Shown piece after piece: positions 61,661-64,000 of a stretch of 64,000 nucleotides of DNA (position 1 is the stretch's first letter; the number at the start of each line of letters is the position of its first letter). The stretch comes from Pavona decussata (Eukaryota): NCBI GenBank assembly GCA_977016875.1, contig CDRNST010000175.1, forward strand, positions 682,001-746,000. Reading direction: 5' to 3'. Position numbers and translations under genes: made by a program. The notes beneath the pieces were generated by a model. The model saw nothing but the letters and a program-made list of their open reading frames with translations, was not told the origin of the DNA and made no database searches.

Positions 61661-64000
61661 ACAACACAGATATCTAAATTATGATAATTTAAGCAGTGTA
61701 ATGTTGACAATGTCCGAGCCTTTATAAAAACGTATAAGATAAACTAAGGGCAACGTGGCAATTTAATAATCCCACCAAAGCAGATGGCAAATCATCGCGA
61801 TTTGCGAAAATATCCCATGGCTTATAAGCTATGATAGAAATTTTCTCATTTCATTCTATGCCATCAGTTGATGGCCCCAAGTATTGGCCATGAAATATTG
61901 GCTAATTATAGGAGTAGACGCTCAGTTTCCTTTAAGTTAATCGTTACTACCAAAAAAGGTTCTCTTATCATCACACTGACTATTTTTCAATAGGTTTGAC
62001 CCAGAAATATTGTGGCTCATACGAGTTACTCACTCACCACTCCTTCGCAAAGGCCATGTACAGTCGCTCTGCAGACCATCTCCTATCCTTTCTTCTTTAG
62101 CTAATGACAACTCTTGCATGTGGTCTTTTATCTGTAGCCAATTACTCCAATTTTTTGTCGATGGATTTACCAGGTAACTGAAGGACTTCACATGTACATC
62201 CTCCAGTGGAACCACCCTCGTACGGAAACTGAAGGTCGTCGTTTCAATTGAGTCTTTTGAGGTTCTCGTTTAGCCTCTATTGATGTCTACAGATGTTAAG
62301 CCCGATCTGCGTTTAGATATTGTTGTTGAGGATCGGCGGACAAGAAAGCCAGGTTATTAGCAAAGTCAAGGCTCTGTGTGGACTAGTCTTTCTTTTAATC
62401 CATTTGATAAACAGTTAAAGAAAACTGAGATGTAATGATGAAAAAGAAGATAGCCCTGTCTAACTCCAAAGTGTGCTTATGTGATGTGACATTTCTAGAG
62501 AATCCTGTCTCAAGTGTTGTCGGAGACTGGAGTGGTTTTCGGATGATAATACCTACTGATAGTTCCAAACTACCAACCACCCCACCCATCCGCCTTTTGT
62601 TACATTAATAAATGCTCTAGTTATGGGGTATCTTGTTCTGTTTTGCAATTTTACTTGATGTGTTCCATTAACCTGCAGTGAACCCACAATGACATCTGCT
62701 GAACACCCCAATGTTTAGTTGTCATGAAAACTGCAACAGCATAACCAACCACAACAAACAATAGTAACAAAATCAAGTCGTTAAATCTAAACACGCTGTT
62801 CGTGCAAAAGACGAGGACATGGCTGACATTTTTCAACTTGGATATTGCCAGCAAAATGTTTATTCAAACCCAAAAATAACTTCGTGTGATAACATGACGT
62901 CACTTAAAAACACACAAATGTTTACCTTGGTGATTGCTAATATGCTGATAAAAGACCAGGGTGGAACCATTTATTTCCAATTTTATTACATGCGCTACAT
63001 CAAATTACAACCGATGATGTGAAGAAGAGTAGGCTGGCTTTCGCATACAAGATTTTCAAGGTAGTGCCCTTTCATAAGCATTGGTTATTTATATAACGTT
63101 AGCTAACTAGGTGGTTAATTTATTCAGACCTATATGAGGTTCAGTGAACGGGTCAGTAACTGCTATCCATTGAAGTTTGGATACGAGCGAGCGGGCACGA
63201 TTTTATGCATCGGGACGCAGCGCAAAATTACTCGAGGCGATATAGCCGAGAGCAACCCAAGCTTTCTTGAGTGCTTAGCAAACATTTTGTCGATTGCATC
63301 GGCATTTTCGCGATGTTGTTTGGACCTGTTGTTTTAGTACAGTATCTTCTCTTGTTTTAAAAATCATGGTCCTCGGAAATCACTTCAGGTGGCCTACACA
63401 CTGGAAAAGGCTGTTCTTCCATTCGTCTCAATGCCTGGTTGTGCATTTCAAGCAGCGTGACTTGAAATGTTTTCGTTTAGTGGATGGGTTAATCTTAACT
63501 GACAGTAGTCAGAGATTAGGGAGTGCATTGGAAATGGCTTTTCACCATTTATATACTACCTTAAAGGTTGTCGTCTGAGTCAGAAGACGACTAAATTATG
63601 TTCCCAAACTGAAAGTAGTGTTATTCCATATTGTTTCGATGTAAGCAGAAGTTGTGAGTAACTCTTCACTCGTGATCGAAGAACAAATCAGTTGTAATGA
63701 TCAGAATTGAAGTATAAAGTGGCAAAGTTAGGTTATCAAAATATTATTAAACATCACAGGCATGTTTTAGGAGCCGCGGTCATACAAATATATACAAAGG
63801 TTGGTACGAAGAAACGGTCTAAGCAAAGTCATGACAATTACATGAGGTTTAAATGTCTTTAAATGCAACAGATACACATCCCATAAAAATTGTTTTTGCT
63901 AAATAAATGCTACATTTGGCCGAATTTCAGGCCAAGCTGTTTAAACCATAATTATACGTCGTCCTTCATCCTTGATTTGTTTTCAGCCACATTCAGTTTT

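Noticed and set aside
62030-63700. Possible decayed membrane-protein gene on the minus strand
   Set aside because: Only short hydrophobic ORFs and one donor-like site, with stops in all frames. I could not assign any family.

Overview
AT-rich eukaryotic, intron-rich genomic DNA from an animal. The repeat families and gene types suggest a cnidarian such as a stony coral, but that is inference. Three protein-coding genes are supported. (1) The 3' 21 exons (666 codons, 478-17671, +) of a tandem-GAF cyclic-nucleotide phosphodiesterase of the PDE5/PDE6 type, ending in a polybasic-CAAX tail. (2) A convergent gene for a large, mostly disordered protein with 8 C-terminal C2H2 zinc fingers (18580-~21891, -). 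(3) A single-coding-exon aminergic-like class A GPCR (32935-34035, -). The last ~29 kb contains no gene I can support. Introns and intergenic DNA are dense with short non-autonomous DNA transposons (TTA-TSD Harbinger-like, TTAA piggyBac/Kolobok-like, and 9-bp-TSD palindromes), CR1- and RTE-type LINE fragments and a tRNA-derived tandem repeat. There is a 129-N assembly gap at 18082-18210. The most unusual signal is a set of sequence-unrelated fold-back elements (39627-39727, 39963-40122, 6964-7066). Their arm mismatches are mostly tandem GA/GA pairs and their loops are 3 nt (GTA, GCA, AAA), which looks like a strand-specific single-stranded-DNA hairpin grammar.
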